From positions 9,135,352 through 9,199,351 of the forward strand of contig MU053934.1 in NCBI GenBank assembly GCA_013239625.1: DNA of 64,000 nucleotides, read 5' to 3'. Position numbers and translations under genes: made by a program. The notes beneath the pieces are model-generated. The model was not told where the DNA came from. It did no database searches and saw nothing but the letters and a program-made list of their open reading frames with translations. Position 1 is the first letter of the stretch; the number at the start of each line of letters is the position of its first letter. Source of the DNA: Lama guanicoe (Eukaryota). Positions 36,396 through 49,459 of this stretch are shown one piece after another.

Positions 36396-39300
36396 CTGCG
36401 GGTAAGAGGCTGGAACTCACACGGGATGGCAGGGGGCTGGGAGAGGTCGCCACGCCAGCCTCCCGCCACGCTTTCAAGAAAACCCAGTAGCCAGGTCCCG
36501 GGTGGCACTGAGGACAGTGCCAGCAACACCTGTGAGCTGCGAAGAGGGTCAGGGACGCCCTCGTGCCTGTGTCGTGTTTAGGATCCCTTCTCTGCATGAG
36601 TTTGACCCCATCAGACAAACAGCAGCAGCAGGAAAAGGACTGTTCCATTTGCTGAGTGATCAGAAGCCGCTGTTTCTGACGCTTCCTTGTAAGCCCTTCG
36701 GGACGTGAAGGGAGTTAACCCAGCCTCTCGAGAGACCTCGCAGAGGCGGGTGGAAGGTTCTGCAGAATCACAAAGTCCAGTTATAAGTCAACACAGTGGT
36801 TGCCTCCGGGAGATCCCACAGCCTTCCAAGGCCTGGCTTCTTTGCCTCGTGGCTGCAGGTCAGACGGGGAGTTGGGGATGTTTGGGAAGAGTGGACGGTG
36901 GCATCCGAGCTCCTCCCAGCCTCCATGTACTAACGGCCAACCGCGCGCGCCCCGCTGCTCACTTGGCGGGCACCCCACTGCAGGAAGGCTGCCCTGGGCT
37001 GGATGCAGTCGGTAAAAAGTGTCGCTCACAGTTTTACTGGAGACCCTGAGCTGGCGGGTGACAGAGCAGGTTGGTGTGCAGTTCCCCCACTAACATTCAA
37101 GCAAGCTGGCCTCCCTCTCTCAAAACCGGGCTCAGGTTCTGGACAAGTGAGGGCCGAGTCTGGAAATTTTTAGTGGTTTCTCATGTTTTGGGCCTCGGGG
37201 GCCCAGTGGATTCCACTTGGAAGGTTCTAGCCTCCCAGCCTAAACCTTCAGATGCCCAGGTAGCTTCAGAAAAACAGGGGCATGTGGCTGTCAGCGAGAT
37301 GGGTCTTTCCAAAGTTAGCTTTCCTTCCCCGCTGTGCGGTTCTGACGACACCAGACCTCTGAGCAGGGACGGTTGGAGCCGCTCACTGGAAGTTTACACT
37401 CCAAGTACTGAGGACTAGCTGCCGGATGCGCGTTTCGGAAGTGAAACCTCACTGGCCGTCACAGCTGCCAGGGGAGGCGCAGACGGGCCGCTGGGGCAGA
37501 GCAGTTATGCTGGCTGGCTGTGTGATTCTGGTGGATTTTGCTAATGCAGGAAGGGACGCGGTGGTTTTAGAATCTGACATTTGCCATAAAACGATGTCTT
37601 CTCCTCCAGCCTGTGCACCTGCCAAGGCCTGACTCAACCTGTGTCCAGGTAACGCCTTTCCAGCCCCTTCAGGCCACATGAATCCCCCTTGTGCTCCCTG
37701 TCTGTTCCAGCACCCATTCCAGTGCTGCCTGGATACCCAGCCAACTCATTTGGTTGAGGGACCAAGCAAGCAGCCCGTCCTTGAGCCGCCCTTACCTCCA
37801 ACCTTCACCTTGACCATGACCTGTGTTTCTCAGGCCCAAGAGAAGGCAGCTACTGCAGAAAAGGGAAGCCCATAAAAATGCAAAGATGTTGGTTGATGTG
37901 GGGAGACGTTCCTGAGCTCCGAGGCTTCTAAGTGTTGGAAAACGTCGACTTTTCTGTTTAGTTCTTCCCCAGCAAGCAGACTTCTCTTCCATTTCTTTGA
38001 TAACCTGTCCCCCCAAAAGGGGAAATTACAAAATCCTCTCACAAGAATTCTCAGCAGCCGCGGCAGGTCCAAGGCAACGCTGTCGTGTTGGGCATGAGTC
38101 CGTTCCTCGCCCTCTGTATCCGTCCATCCGACCAGAGGCCTTGACAAGCATTTACACCAAGCAAATGTGACTTGCTGCCTTCTCGAGCTATTGTGGATAA
38201 ATGGACTTTTTACTTGGCACATCCAGAACCTTCCATCCTCATCTGCCAAGACTTTGTGAGCGCTTTTTAAGTCTACTGCATGGATGAGATTACTAAAGTT
38301 TCTAAAAGTCAGCAAAGGAAATAAGTCAACATCTTTGTTTGTCAGTAAGAAGCTGATGGCATGTAAGCATGTACGTGTGTGCGCGCGCGTGTGTGCTGCT
38401 ACACACATCTAAGTAAATGACACACACTGGTGAAAGCACTGTTATTTGGTTAAGACTGAAGGCTTTGTTGAGAAGGAAGGGGCTGGAATTAGATGTTGAT
38501 ACAGTAGGTATTTCAAATGTCAGATTTCAGTGGTAATGGGAAGGAAAAGAAGGAAGAAAAATGGCCCCTTTAGAATATATCAATTCATCATTTCAAAGAA
38601 AGAGAAGCTGTGTGCCTCTCCTTGAGAGGTGCCCTTTGGTTCTCAGAGAGATGAAGTCTGGTCTGATGTCAGGGTTACCAAGGAAACGATGTATGCTTAC
38701 GAACAGCGAAGCAAACAGACACAGAGCGCTCGAGTAAATCATTAATTCATTAATATTGTTATTGATGGAATCTGGAGAGACTCACATATTCCTTCTTTAT
38801 TCCCAGATCTCAGAAGTTTTCTTTCATCGCAAAGCAAACACTTGGATGGCCACTTCAGGGATAATTATTCCCTCTCGGCCTCACTCTAGAGTCTGAGGAG
38901 GACTCGCTCTCGGATTTTAGTGGATCAAAGCGAATGGTCAACCAGCAAGAGAAGTGTGCTTCGTGGTTCGGTTTGTTTTTTTTTTTTTTTTAGAATGGAA
39001 AATGCATTAGGGAGAGTTTGACTTAGACACAAAGCACCTTTCAGTTTGGCAAACATGTGAGTAGAGCAAAGTCACACTATTTGACCCTCGGTGATGTCTG
39101 TTTTCATGGTAACTTTTTCAGTGGCCAGATTTCGTGGCACGAGGGGGAGGGCCAGGTTGGGGGGGGGCGTCAAGAGGCACCAGCTGCAGGGACGGAACGG
39201 TCTCCATGCGTGGATGGCACCCTGGGCGGGGCGTGGGGCCTGGCGGCCAGGCATGGCCAGAACCGCCCCCCCCCCCCCCCGCCCCCGGCCGCATGGCTTC

Positions 39301-40642
39301 CCACTGTTTCCGATTATTTCCTATTGTTTTCAGGCCGGCCGAGTGAGTCAGCATTTTCTCCTCTGGCACCCAGCAGGCCTAGGGGTCACCGCGGAGGTCA
39401 GCCAGAGGTGAACTGTCCCAGCTGGGTTTTACCTCTGACATCCTCATGGAGTCAGACCACCTGGCTAGAAACCCCCCCTCAATCTGCATCCTCAAGATTC
39501 CGGATGCCCCACCTGAAATGTCATGAGCACACTGGGGAGCCTGAGGTTGGAGTGGGGCCCTTGCCAGCAGGCCGAGCCTGGGGTGCTGGCCAAGAGCACC
39601 TGAACGCCTGGGGCTCCTGGAGCTGCCCCTTCGAGCTGTGTGACCTGAGCAGGTTGCTTACCTTCTCTGTGCCCTGGTTTCCTCCTCCATGAACCAGGGT
39701 CGGTCACAGCACTTAACCTCAAAGGGCTGTGGAGAGCATTGCCTGGGTGGGGGTGCGAGGGAAGCAGAGAGAACTGTGGCTTGGCTGGCGACCATCCACT
39801 TCCCTGCCCTGCTCTGGGTACTCGTATCCACAGAGCCTCCACAGAAGCTTTGAACGAGGAGATGCCTCAGCCTCCCGTCCACCTCTTCCTCAGGCCCAGG
39901 AGGAGAAGCTGTCCCGTGTGGCTCAGCAGGTTGGAGGGAAGCCTCCCAGCACAGTTCCTGTGCTCTGGGGGCCAAGAGCACCGCCGAGGTGAGGACAGCC
40001 CAGTGAGACGCCGCCAGGAGGGAGCCACACAAATGTTTATCAGCTGAATAAACATGGTCATCACAGGGAGGTGCCGTTGGGAAGGCAGGCGGAAAAGCCG
40101 CAGCCTCATGCACATGTGAACTAGAGGCGCCTGGAGCAGAGAGCAGCGGGCTGTTCATGCTGATGGAGCACAAAGGGTGGAACCAGGGAAAGCTTCCTGG
40201 AGGAGGTGGCTTCTGAGGTGGGTCTTGAGGAATGAAGAAAGGCTTGCAGAGGCTCAGGAAGCCAAGGAGACAAGCCCAAGGAGGTGTGGTGTGCAGGCCG
40301 CCGGCCATCCTTGGAGGCCTTGGCCAGCAAGGAAGATGCTTCCTTTTAGGTCCTAAGGTCTCTGAAGGCATACCCTCCTAACTCTCCTTGAACCCCAGGG
40401 GCTGCGGCCGTCGGGATCAGTCGGTCATGCACTCTCAGACCTGGCTGTCCTTCTTCAGGAGGTGTATTTAGACTTGGGAGGGGCCCGTCCCATGCTAACG
40501 GTCAGCCTTGGTGGCAGCAGGTCCTGGGGGCCACGGTGGAGTAAGGAGGGCTTTGGGAAGATTCCCTGTGTCCCAGAGGAAGGGGTGGTAGTTGAAAGGA
40601 GTGCCCAAATTTCCTCCTGAGCCAGCTGGCTCCAGCTCCCGG

Positions 40643-40665
40643 ACACACACACACACACACACACA
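40643..40665. repeat. (AC)n microsatellite
   Basis: Directly visible. Confidence 0.9.
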
Positions 40666-42029
40666 GGAAGGGATGGGGCTGCAGCCTGAGGAGTCTCAGT
40701 GTGGGGACCGCAGGTGGCCCGTGGGGCCAGCTGGGTGCTTTGTGTCTGTGGCAGCCACTCAGCTTTGAGGGCAGCCCAAGAACTGGGGACCAAATACTGG
40801 AACACTGGCCGCCCTCTCCCTGTGCTCAAATCGGGGGGGGGGGGAGAGGGTCGCCCCTCCCCTGCCTGTGACCCCGTGACCCCGGCAGGTTCAGAGCACT
40901 TTCACCCTGCGGAGGCAGAGGCGCTCACTTGCTCTGTTTCGTGGATACAGCAGTTGAGTTTCAGAGAGGTTAACCGACATCCTGGAAGCCACACAGCCGG
41001 GGAGCAGCCTGGCCGGCCCAGAACCAAGCTCCTCCAGCACGCTGTGCTCCTCCCCTGGGCTCCCAGCGAGGCTGGTGTGCGGTCCTGCCGTCTTCCTCCC
41101 CTGCAGAGAAAGTCTGAAATTGGCATTCACATATTCCGTAGGGACACGGAGAGGCGCTTCTGTGCTGGGCTCTGGGCGAGGCCCAGGGACAGGTGTGAGC
41201 CTTGACCCGGGCTGGAGCCCTGGGCCCCACCTGTGAAATGGTGCTGCTGGCCTGTGGGGTTTAAACAGGCTGGCATCTGATGGGTGCTCAGCAGCGGGAG
41301 GTGGAGGAGACGGAGCCCCGCAGGGTGGGTGTGCCCAGCTCCTTGCGAAGGTGGCAGGGGCCGATGGGACCTTGGCAGATGTGACATTTTAGATTTGACA
41401 TCTCCATCATCCTACTCACATCAGTGACAGATGCCAATCTGCATTCTGATGTTGCGTGCAGTGGCCTGGAGCCCCACAGCAGGAGGGAGGGCCGTGTGGA
41501 GTGTCCACCCCTGGGCAAAGCCAGGCATGCAAGGGAAGACTGCACGACCCCCTATGCGTGCTGTGTGGTCCCTAATTTACTGAGAGGCCGGATCTCAGGG
41601 ACGGTGGAGATTCACCCTCAGAAGCGCTGGGAGGGGGCCAGGAGGGGCGATCAGCCTGCGGGTGATGGCTCCTGAAGCAAGCGGTCTGCAGGTGGCGCTG
41701 CATGGGGGCGCTCAGAGCTGCTGGGCCCTGGGAGGTCAGGGCTGGTGGGACTGGGCTTCCCTGGGTTTGGGCGTGGAGACCACACGTCTGGGGCCCGGAG
41801 GGAACAAAGCATTTGTAGTGGAGTCATTACTAAGAATAAAGCCCCCTTTCACTGACTACCTAGTGGGTTCTTTGTGAAACACGTCCACGGCGCATTCCCG
41901 GAGCTAGAGATGCTTCAGAACCATCAAGTAACAGGGTTCAAAACCAAAGCCCACTCCTTCCTGCTATCCCAGAAAGGCCTGTCTAGTCTAGACCCAAATG
42001 TGGATGGAAACGGGTCTGTCTTCACCCTC

Positions 42030-42200
42030 TCCTTTTGTTTTATTTTACTTTTAATTAATTATTTATTTATTTTGGTGGTGGCCTAATTAGATCTATTTAT
42101 TTGTTTGTGTGTTGATTTTTCAGTGGAGGGACCAGGGATCGAACCCAGGACCTCATGCAGGCTAAGCATGCACTCCACCACTGAGCCATACACCACCCCC
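42030..42200 (-). mobile_element. tRNA-derived camelid SINE (Vic-1-like)
   Basis: GGGATCGAACCCAGGACCTCATGCAGGCTAAGCATGCACTCCACCACTGAGC, with TTTA-rich tail. Confidence 0.85.
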
Positions 42201-43813
42201 TTCTCCTTTTAATGAAGCACTTTGTACTCTGGCTATGGTCTTTTGATTTGCTGTTTCCATTGTCCTATTTATGAAGGTAACGGGTTACAATCTGCGTTTC
42301 GTAGCAAAAACTCCCCTGGTGGGGAGCCCCATGCTTTCAGAGGCCCCTGCAAGTGCAGCTGTGGGGCCTGAGTCAGGGCACTATGGGTGAGCGGTGGGGG
42401 TGGGGGGCGAGCCGAGGAAGCGCCACAGAGCTTTCCGCAGGGGTCCCCACATTCCACCTCGTGTCACTCCCGCTCCCCAAGAGATTCTTGCCGCGGGGAG
42501 TCTGCCCGCACACGACATGAACGGGCTGGTTTTATATCAGAAGGCTGAATTTTAACTGACAAATTAGACAGTTCCCTAAGGCAAGGTTTACTAAGCTTTG
42601 TCATTCTCACTAGAAATGTGATTTATAATATACTCCTATTTGCTAGACACTCCTGTGCCCAGGAATGAAGGCCTAGCGCAAAAACAGGCGGTCTGCTTGC
42701 TGCCTTGACCCCACATAAAAATACAGGCCGGCAGTCTCCAGGAGCACGTCAACAGGTGCACATAAATCACGCTCCCCCGAGCCAGTGAGCTTCATTTCAT
42801 TAAGTTTTAATGATAGTTCAAGCCGTCAAACACGTAAAATTCAGTACAGAGCAAGAGTCGCCCACAATTTACTTTAGAATTTTATGTACTAAAAGGAAGA
42901 TCTAAGGGTCTGGCGAAAGAAGTTTTATTTCCTCTGCTCCCAGTTTATAAAAGCACAGACAGTATTTGCTGTTCCTTAAATACTCCGATATTTGTGAACA
43001 CAGACCATGTCAGAGATCAGAGTCCGTCCTCACCTTCAGCCAAGTCTCCTCAGAGAGCCTTTGTGAAAAGCCACACACAGAAAGAGCAGGGTAGACCAGC
43101 TGACTTCTTCAAAGCCGGAGTTAAAGTTGCAAACTCATTTTGCCCAAGATAACCAGAACTGCTCTAAGCTAAGTGGGCAGAAATGGATTTGATCTCTGAA
43201 CCTGATTGCTTAGCAGAAGTCAAGCAGCCAATTTTTCAACAAAGACCCCATATCATGAAACTTCCTAAAAATCTTCAAGGGGGTAACCTGAGCTTGTGAA
43301 AAGTGAGCCCGAGTGTCGATAGGACAAAGCTTCCCTTCCAAGATGTAACTGGGGGGGGCTCGGGGCGCCTTTCATATTTTACTTGACAAGCGCCTTTTCC
43401 CTTTGTTCTGCCTGCTCTGGAGGGCTTCAGCTGGGCTTTGCCACTTCTTTGTTAAGAGGAATGGCTAAAAAGACATATTTATATCATAGTGACCATTTAA
43501 AATTGAATACGTCTGACAGGAATGTTCATTTGGCTCAATATTTTTGTGTGTGAAGATAACGCTTTTCTACGTAACCTTTTATTTAATAGTACGCACGTTT
43601 GAGTTCGCAAGTTCTTTGTTCAGAAATGTTGATTCAGGACATGACCACATAAGCAAAGGGTTGCTAAGAGGGACGATGTAACCTTCAGGCTCCACTGACA
43701 GACATCCAGTGTGTAGACAGGCTGATCGGAGCTGGTCTGGAGTTCACACCAATGACGAATGAAGAGTCCCCCTGAAGGGACCGGGATGGCGAGCCATCTT
43801 GGGATTCAGAAGT

Positions 43814-44036
43814 ACGGTTCCACAGCCTCAGCACTGCGGCATCTCCGGCTGGGTCACTGTGTGTGGGGTGGGCGGGGGAAACCGTCCTGTCCTCCGAAGA
43901 AGGTCAGCGGCATCTTGGCCTCTGACCACTAGATGTCAGTAGCAGCCCCCCTCCTACAGGTGCGTCAACCAAGAGGCCTCCACGACCCCCAAATGTCCCC
44001 AGAGGGGCAAAGCCCTGCGTGGTTTGAGAACCACTG
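43814..44036 (-). mobile_element. MER20 (hAT-Charlie), near full length
   Basis: TTGAGAACCACTG terminus, CAAATGTCCCC, CCACTAGATG.CAGTAGCA, CCTCAGCACT. About 220 bp. Confidence 0.85.
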
Positions 44037-44847
44037 CTCTAAAGAATGAAGGCAGTTGGGCACGTTTAGCCCCAAATGACAACGTTTACAGGGAACGGGA
44101 AAGCTGTTTGCAGGCATCGCATAAAAACCAAAAGTTACTCTGAATTGCTTCCGAAGGCTGAATAAGGACAAGTGGGGTAAAATTGTAGAGTGGCCAGTTT
44201 TGACTAAGGAACAGGGAGGCCCTTCTAGAAGAACAGTTCAGCCCCATCCCCGCGGGGCTGATGTTCAGACGGGGCTAGAATCCTGACTCGAGACCCAGGG
44301 CTCTCTCCCCCGCCAGGGCCCTCTCGCCGCCGTGCTGAGGCTTGGTCTGCACCACCAGAGTTCGTCTTCTGCTACGGGCAACAGGAAACGCTCTAAAGGT
44401 GGGCCTCGTGCCCTGAGGAGGCTGCCCTTCCCCCCGGCTCACTCCAGTTCCGCGGGAGCGTGGGCAGAACAGCGGAGGCGGGGGCTGTGCGTGCTGGGGC
44501 TGGGGGCTGGCATAGGGTGGGAGTCCCAGAACGCGCGAGCGGACGGAAGAGCCCTCTCCCTGCTTCCCAACAGACGCGGGGTTTCTGGTCTAAGGTCTCC
44601 CAGCTGATGTCTGAGCCAGGACGGGAATCCAGAGTCCCCACACGGTGCTCCTTCCAGACGTCCTCCAAGGGCGGAGTGAGGCGAGCTCCCGGAGGCGAGC
44701 ACCTGGCCCAGGCTCTCCTCGCACTTGGTACCCAGAGCATGCCCGCGGCCGGCCTCATCCTCCGGGAGCACTTCCCTGAGTGTCCACTAGATGACGCCCT
44801 ATGGTCTCAAATGACGGCTTCCTGGTGCCCCGGACAGAGCGCGCCTC

Positions 44848-44985
44848 GCTCTTTTTCTCTTTTCTTTTCTTTCCTCCCCTTTCTCTTTCCTTTTCTTTTC
44901 TTTTTTTCTTTCTCTCTCTCCCCTTCTCTCCTCTCCTTCTCTCTCTCTTCCTTTCTTTTTTCCTTCCTTTCTCTTCCTTCCTTCC
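44848..44985. repeat. Polypyrimidine (CT/CTTT) low-complexity tract
   Basis: About 135 bp of pure C/T. Confidence 0.9.
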
Positions 44986-45504
44986 AGATTTTTACATTTT
45001 CCTCCTCTCTGCCTCCAGCATAAACGTTCCAAAGTTCTCCACGGCAGATATTTTTGCTTTTCTGCTAAATGGCCTTCCCTCTTTTCTCCCTGCCCCTTCC
45101 TCCTCAACGAACCCCCGCGTTTCGCAGACCCTTTTGTTGGCAGTGTCCCAGCAGAGAGCTCGCCACACGGTGGTGTGGCTCCCGGGGCGAGGGCAGGAGA
45201 GGCCAGCCTGGCCCGTGAGCCTTCTGGGTCCCCACCCCCCCCCCCAGCCCACGCTAATCACCTTCCCAGGAACGAGTGCGCCCTGAGCCCCTTCCCCGAT
45301 CCCCGTGCGTGATGCTTGTCTTCTGCGGCAGCTCACGGTCCGCCCCGTGAACGCCTGCTTCTTCCCTCTGTCTCACCTTCTAAATTGTGAGCCCCTCCCC
45401 CCGTTCTATTCCCCACATCACATAGCAAAACATATGGTAGAATCTGGGGTGTTTGGGGTTGATGTCACTGAAGGGAAAAATAACATTTTAAACATAGATA
45501 ATGG

Positions 45505-45735
45505 GGGGGATAAGTTAGGAGTTTGGGATTAACAGATACACACTGCTATATATACAATACATAAACAGCAGGGACCTACTGTAGAGCACGGGGAACTACA
45601 TTCAATTTCTTGTGATAAGCTACCATGGAAAAAAATCTGAAAGAAAACATACATATATATGTATCTGTATAACTGAATCGCTTTGCTGTACACCTGAAAC
45701 TAACACTGTAAATCAACCACACTTCAAAAAAAATT
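45505..45735 (+). mobile_element. 5'-truncated LINE-1 3' end with target-site duplication
   Basis: GGAGTTTGGGATTAACAGATACACACT...GCTGTACACCTGAAACTAAC...A-tail, flanked by CATAGATAATGG at 45493-45504 and 45744-45755. Confidence 0.88.
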
Positions 45736-48700
45736 TTAAACCTCATAGATAATGGAGACAAAGAAACACATTGAAAATCAAAACAGTTCTAATCATAAAG
45801 GTGAAGAATGCAGGGAGATGTGTGTCCATGTAGAGGATGTCTGGAGTGGCAAGGAGCCGGCCTGGGAAGCTTTGGTGGGGGCGGGGCATGGTGGAATGGG
45901 GCGCATCCCCGGTGCGGGAAAAGGTGTGAGCTCTGCTGGGAGGCAGAAATGAAGAGTACCTGTACAGAGGAGGAAACAGGATGTTTTGTCTGCCCAGGGG
46001 TAGCCAGGAATTCCTATAAGTTCTGAAAGCTTTTTCAAACCCCTTTCCACCTTGGGTCTCACCTCTTGTTCCAGATCGTGTACGAATGTCTCCTCTTCCA
46101 GAAGCCTGGGTTAAAAAATGGCCAAACCATAAATCACTTAACATTTCCTTCTGGGTGGTACTGCATGTGGTGGTGGGGTTTGTATGTGGCAAAAAACATC
46201 AGAAAACAAGGTGGGGTATCACAGAGGAAGGAGCGGAGGTCACCCTGGGGGTGTCAGGCTTCGGAGGCGGTCAGCCCAGGACATCGAGCTGTGGGACCAC
46301 CCTAAGAAAGCAGGTGACAGAGGACTCCATGCACTGGGGAGAACAAGTGGGCATTTCCAGGTAGTGGGGTGAACTTGTGAAAGGTCTGACAACAACCGCC
46401 AGCCTTTACTGAGCACTTACCACGGGCTGACACCCACCTGGAGGCACATACTAAGAAACCTGGGGAAGTAGTTTGCTAGCTTACTTGAGACTAAAACGTC
46501 ACTGCTTGCAAAGTGTCTTCACACACATAACCATCTGTGACTCTCCCTACGGCCTTGTGCAGAGTGCAAAGCAAATTTTAGTGACTCAGATGAGGAAACT
46601 CAGACTCAGAGGCTGTCTGGCTGGCTGGTTGGGGCGGCCCAGGGCTTCACTTGGCCCAGAGTCCATTCCCCCAGCCAGAGCACTGGGTAGGGAACCAGCA
46701 GATACCAGGCGCCTACTGTGTGTCTGGTATGTTAATAGCTAATTTCAACTAATACTTACCACCTCCCCCCTTAGGTCCGTTTCCCTCGATTTGCCGAGGC
46801 TGAGAGAAGTGGCGTGTGTGAAGCCCCCTGTGTGGCTGGCAGAGCCGGGCCCAGAGCCCACGTCTACCTGGGGGCAAACCTGTGCTCTCTTGGCCGCCCT
46901 GGGGGCTTCTTGCTGCCCACTCCCTCCTCTGTGCCCCCTCCCCCCCTCACTTTGTAGATCTGTGCTGCCGATTCGTGGTAGGATTTTCACTCTGAACATC
47001 AGAAGAAGGGGCTTAGCTTACAACTGTGATGGACAAAATAATTCACGAGAACCTGTAATAGATGAGCGGGTGGGAGCAAAACCGGCGAAGGAGGAGAGGA
47101 AATGAATGACAGAAAGATTGGGCGATTGGGAAGACAATGATAGGGTGGTTAAGAAAGGGAAGGGTTTGGTGTAAAGAAAATAAGTTCTGTTTGAGAAATG
47201 TTTGGTCGTAAGTGGTGGCGAAACCTCGTTCACAGGGTAGGTGGAGGGCAAGACAGAAAAGACAGGATGGGGGGAAGAGCGAGCGGGCGGAGAAGCCCCC
47301 GGGAGCCATCTGGGGGTGGGCGGCGGCAGAGCCCAGGAACCGGCACCCAGGCCCCCGGAGCAGAGAGGGGGTAAGTGAGCAAAGGAGATGGGAGAGGCTG
47401 CCAGGTCCTCCTGTCCACCTCCTCCCGCCCGGTGACCTTCACCTCCGCTCCCCTCCGGCCGCCCACACCCTGGGCCCTGTCATCACCCGGACGGTTCCAA
47501 GTGCCCTTCAGGGTCCCACTCCCTGACCACAGCTTCCGCCGCTGCCCGGCCTCTCACGCCTCCGTCCCACCACACCCCCTGCTGACCTCATCCTGATCTC
47601 TACTCCCCGGACTTTCCCATGTGGACCAGAGCCTCCCGGCTCCCCAGCTCCAGGCCTCCAGACCACACAGGACATCCTCACCACCGTTCCTTGGCCAGTA
47701 CCCTCAACAGCTTTGCCCCTTTGTCCTTCCGCCCTGCTCATCCAGCCAGCCTTGAGCCAGGGATTTGCACCAGCACCTGTCTTCTCCGCCCTGCGCCGGC
47801 TCCTGCCCTCTGATGGAGGAAATCCCACACCAACGATGTTTGGTGCCCACAGAGCCTCAGTACCCAGAGTCAGCTGCTCAGTCTGCACAGCTCCACCTCC
47901 TCCTCTTCTGGGCATCCATTCCAAACCTCCAACATCTTCCCCCAGCAGATGGCTCTGCCCTCTGATTCACAAAGGAAAGGGAAGAGAGGAGCTCAGACAG
48001 GGAAACCATCGGCTCAGTGCTCCCCTACCTGTCCGTGCACGCTCCACGTGCTTCCTTATTGCATTATCTCACTTATCCTCACAACGACCTTACTTTATTC
48101 TCATTTCACAGGTAAGGAGCCAGCAGCTCAGCGAGTGGCCTAAGGTTCCAGCCTGTACGTCACGCAGTGAAAGGAGCTGTGCCCTCAGATGCGCACTCTG
48201 CAGCCCCGGGGGCCGGTGCTGAGCTAGTGGTGAGGGCGGAACGGCAGACGAGACAGGGAGGGTTCCTACCCTCGTGAGACTCATATTTTCGATGAACAGA
48301 CAGACAGTAAGTAATGAATGACTACACTAAATCTGTAGACTGAGTAAGTGCTGGCAAAGGAAGACACAGAGTTCAGTGCCCAGGAACACAGAGCCTGCCG
48401 GCTGAGATGGGCTGGAGAGCTGAGACCTGGGGTGGCAAGGTATGCCAATGGCCTCCTGTCCTCACTCAACACCCACCTGTCCCACAAGGGACCCCTCCAC
48501 CTACTCAAGGCTGGGGCACTCTCCCTGCACTGGATACTGTCATTAGCAAGACAGTGTCACTGCACTGGGAGCAGCTATGGTCTGCGTAGGTGATGAGCTC
48601 AGCGGGCTGAATACTGATGCCCCAAGTGGGAAGTTAGTGAGGGGGACTTCTGGGGTCAATCAATCATCTAGAAAAGAAATGGGCCCCTAGAGGCTGGGAC

Positions 48701-48814
48701 CACCAGCCTTGGATGGGTGCCTCCACTGCCCTCCCCAAGGTAGGCAGAAGGATGGCACTGACCACCATGGAGGCAGGGAGTTCAAGTCCATCCAACGAGT
48801 AGTCATTGAGCAAT

Positions 48815-48960
48815 CTGTCCCAGGTTGGGTTCCCTAGGGATTGGCGGGTAGCGATCCGGGTGCGGGAAGTTTATTGGGAAGAGCTCTCGGGATCAACACC
48901 TGCACAGAGAAGGAAGCAGGACTGGGGAGGGAGATGATGGAACATCTGACGGAGGCAGCT
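48815..48960. mobile_element. Old ERVL-class LTR fragment (LTR16/LTR33-like)
   Basis: TGTCCCAGGTTGGGTTCCC..AAGTTTATTGGGAAG..CTCGGGATCAACACCTG..GGAAGCAGGACTGGG. Subfamily uncertain. Confidence 0.5.
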
Positions 48961-49459
48961 GGGGCGCCAGCTTCAGTGGGTGGTTGCCGTGCTGCTGAGC
49001 CCACACAGAGCCTCCGTCCCTGTCACTATGGCCGCTTGCCTCACCTTCCAGGGTGGCTGGTGACAGAGGCTGGAGGCTGCAGTCATTCTGTCTACTTGGA
49101 TGTTTAACACCTCCTTTGTATTGGGTGCTCTGTGGAGGGTTAACACGGGGTACAGAGATCTCCGCTCTCGGTGCCCATCCTCCAAGGTCCACTCACATCT
49201 CCTTCCCAGATCTTCTCGTTCCCAGTTTTCTAATATTTCCTCTCTCAGGGCTCTGACCAAGCAGCCAGGCTGTCTGCCACTGCCCAATGGTCTACACACA
49301 TCCTAACCTGGGGCCAGTTCTCTTTCCATATAAGATCATTGGCCAGGCCACCCCTCTAGGTTCTGTCCCTTAAGATTTCAGCTCACTGCTGCCTTCAAAG
49401 CCATCCCCAAATGGGACGGCCCTGCAGCCGCATTTGCTTGTGCCCCGGTACTAAGGGTG

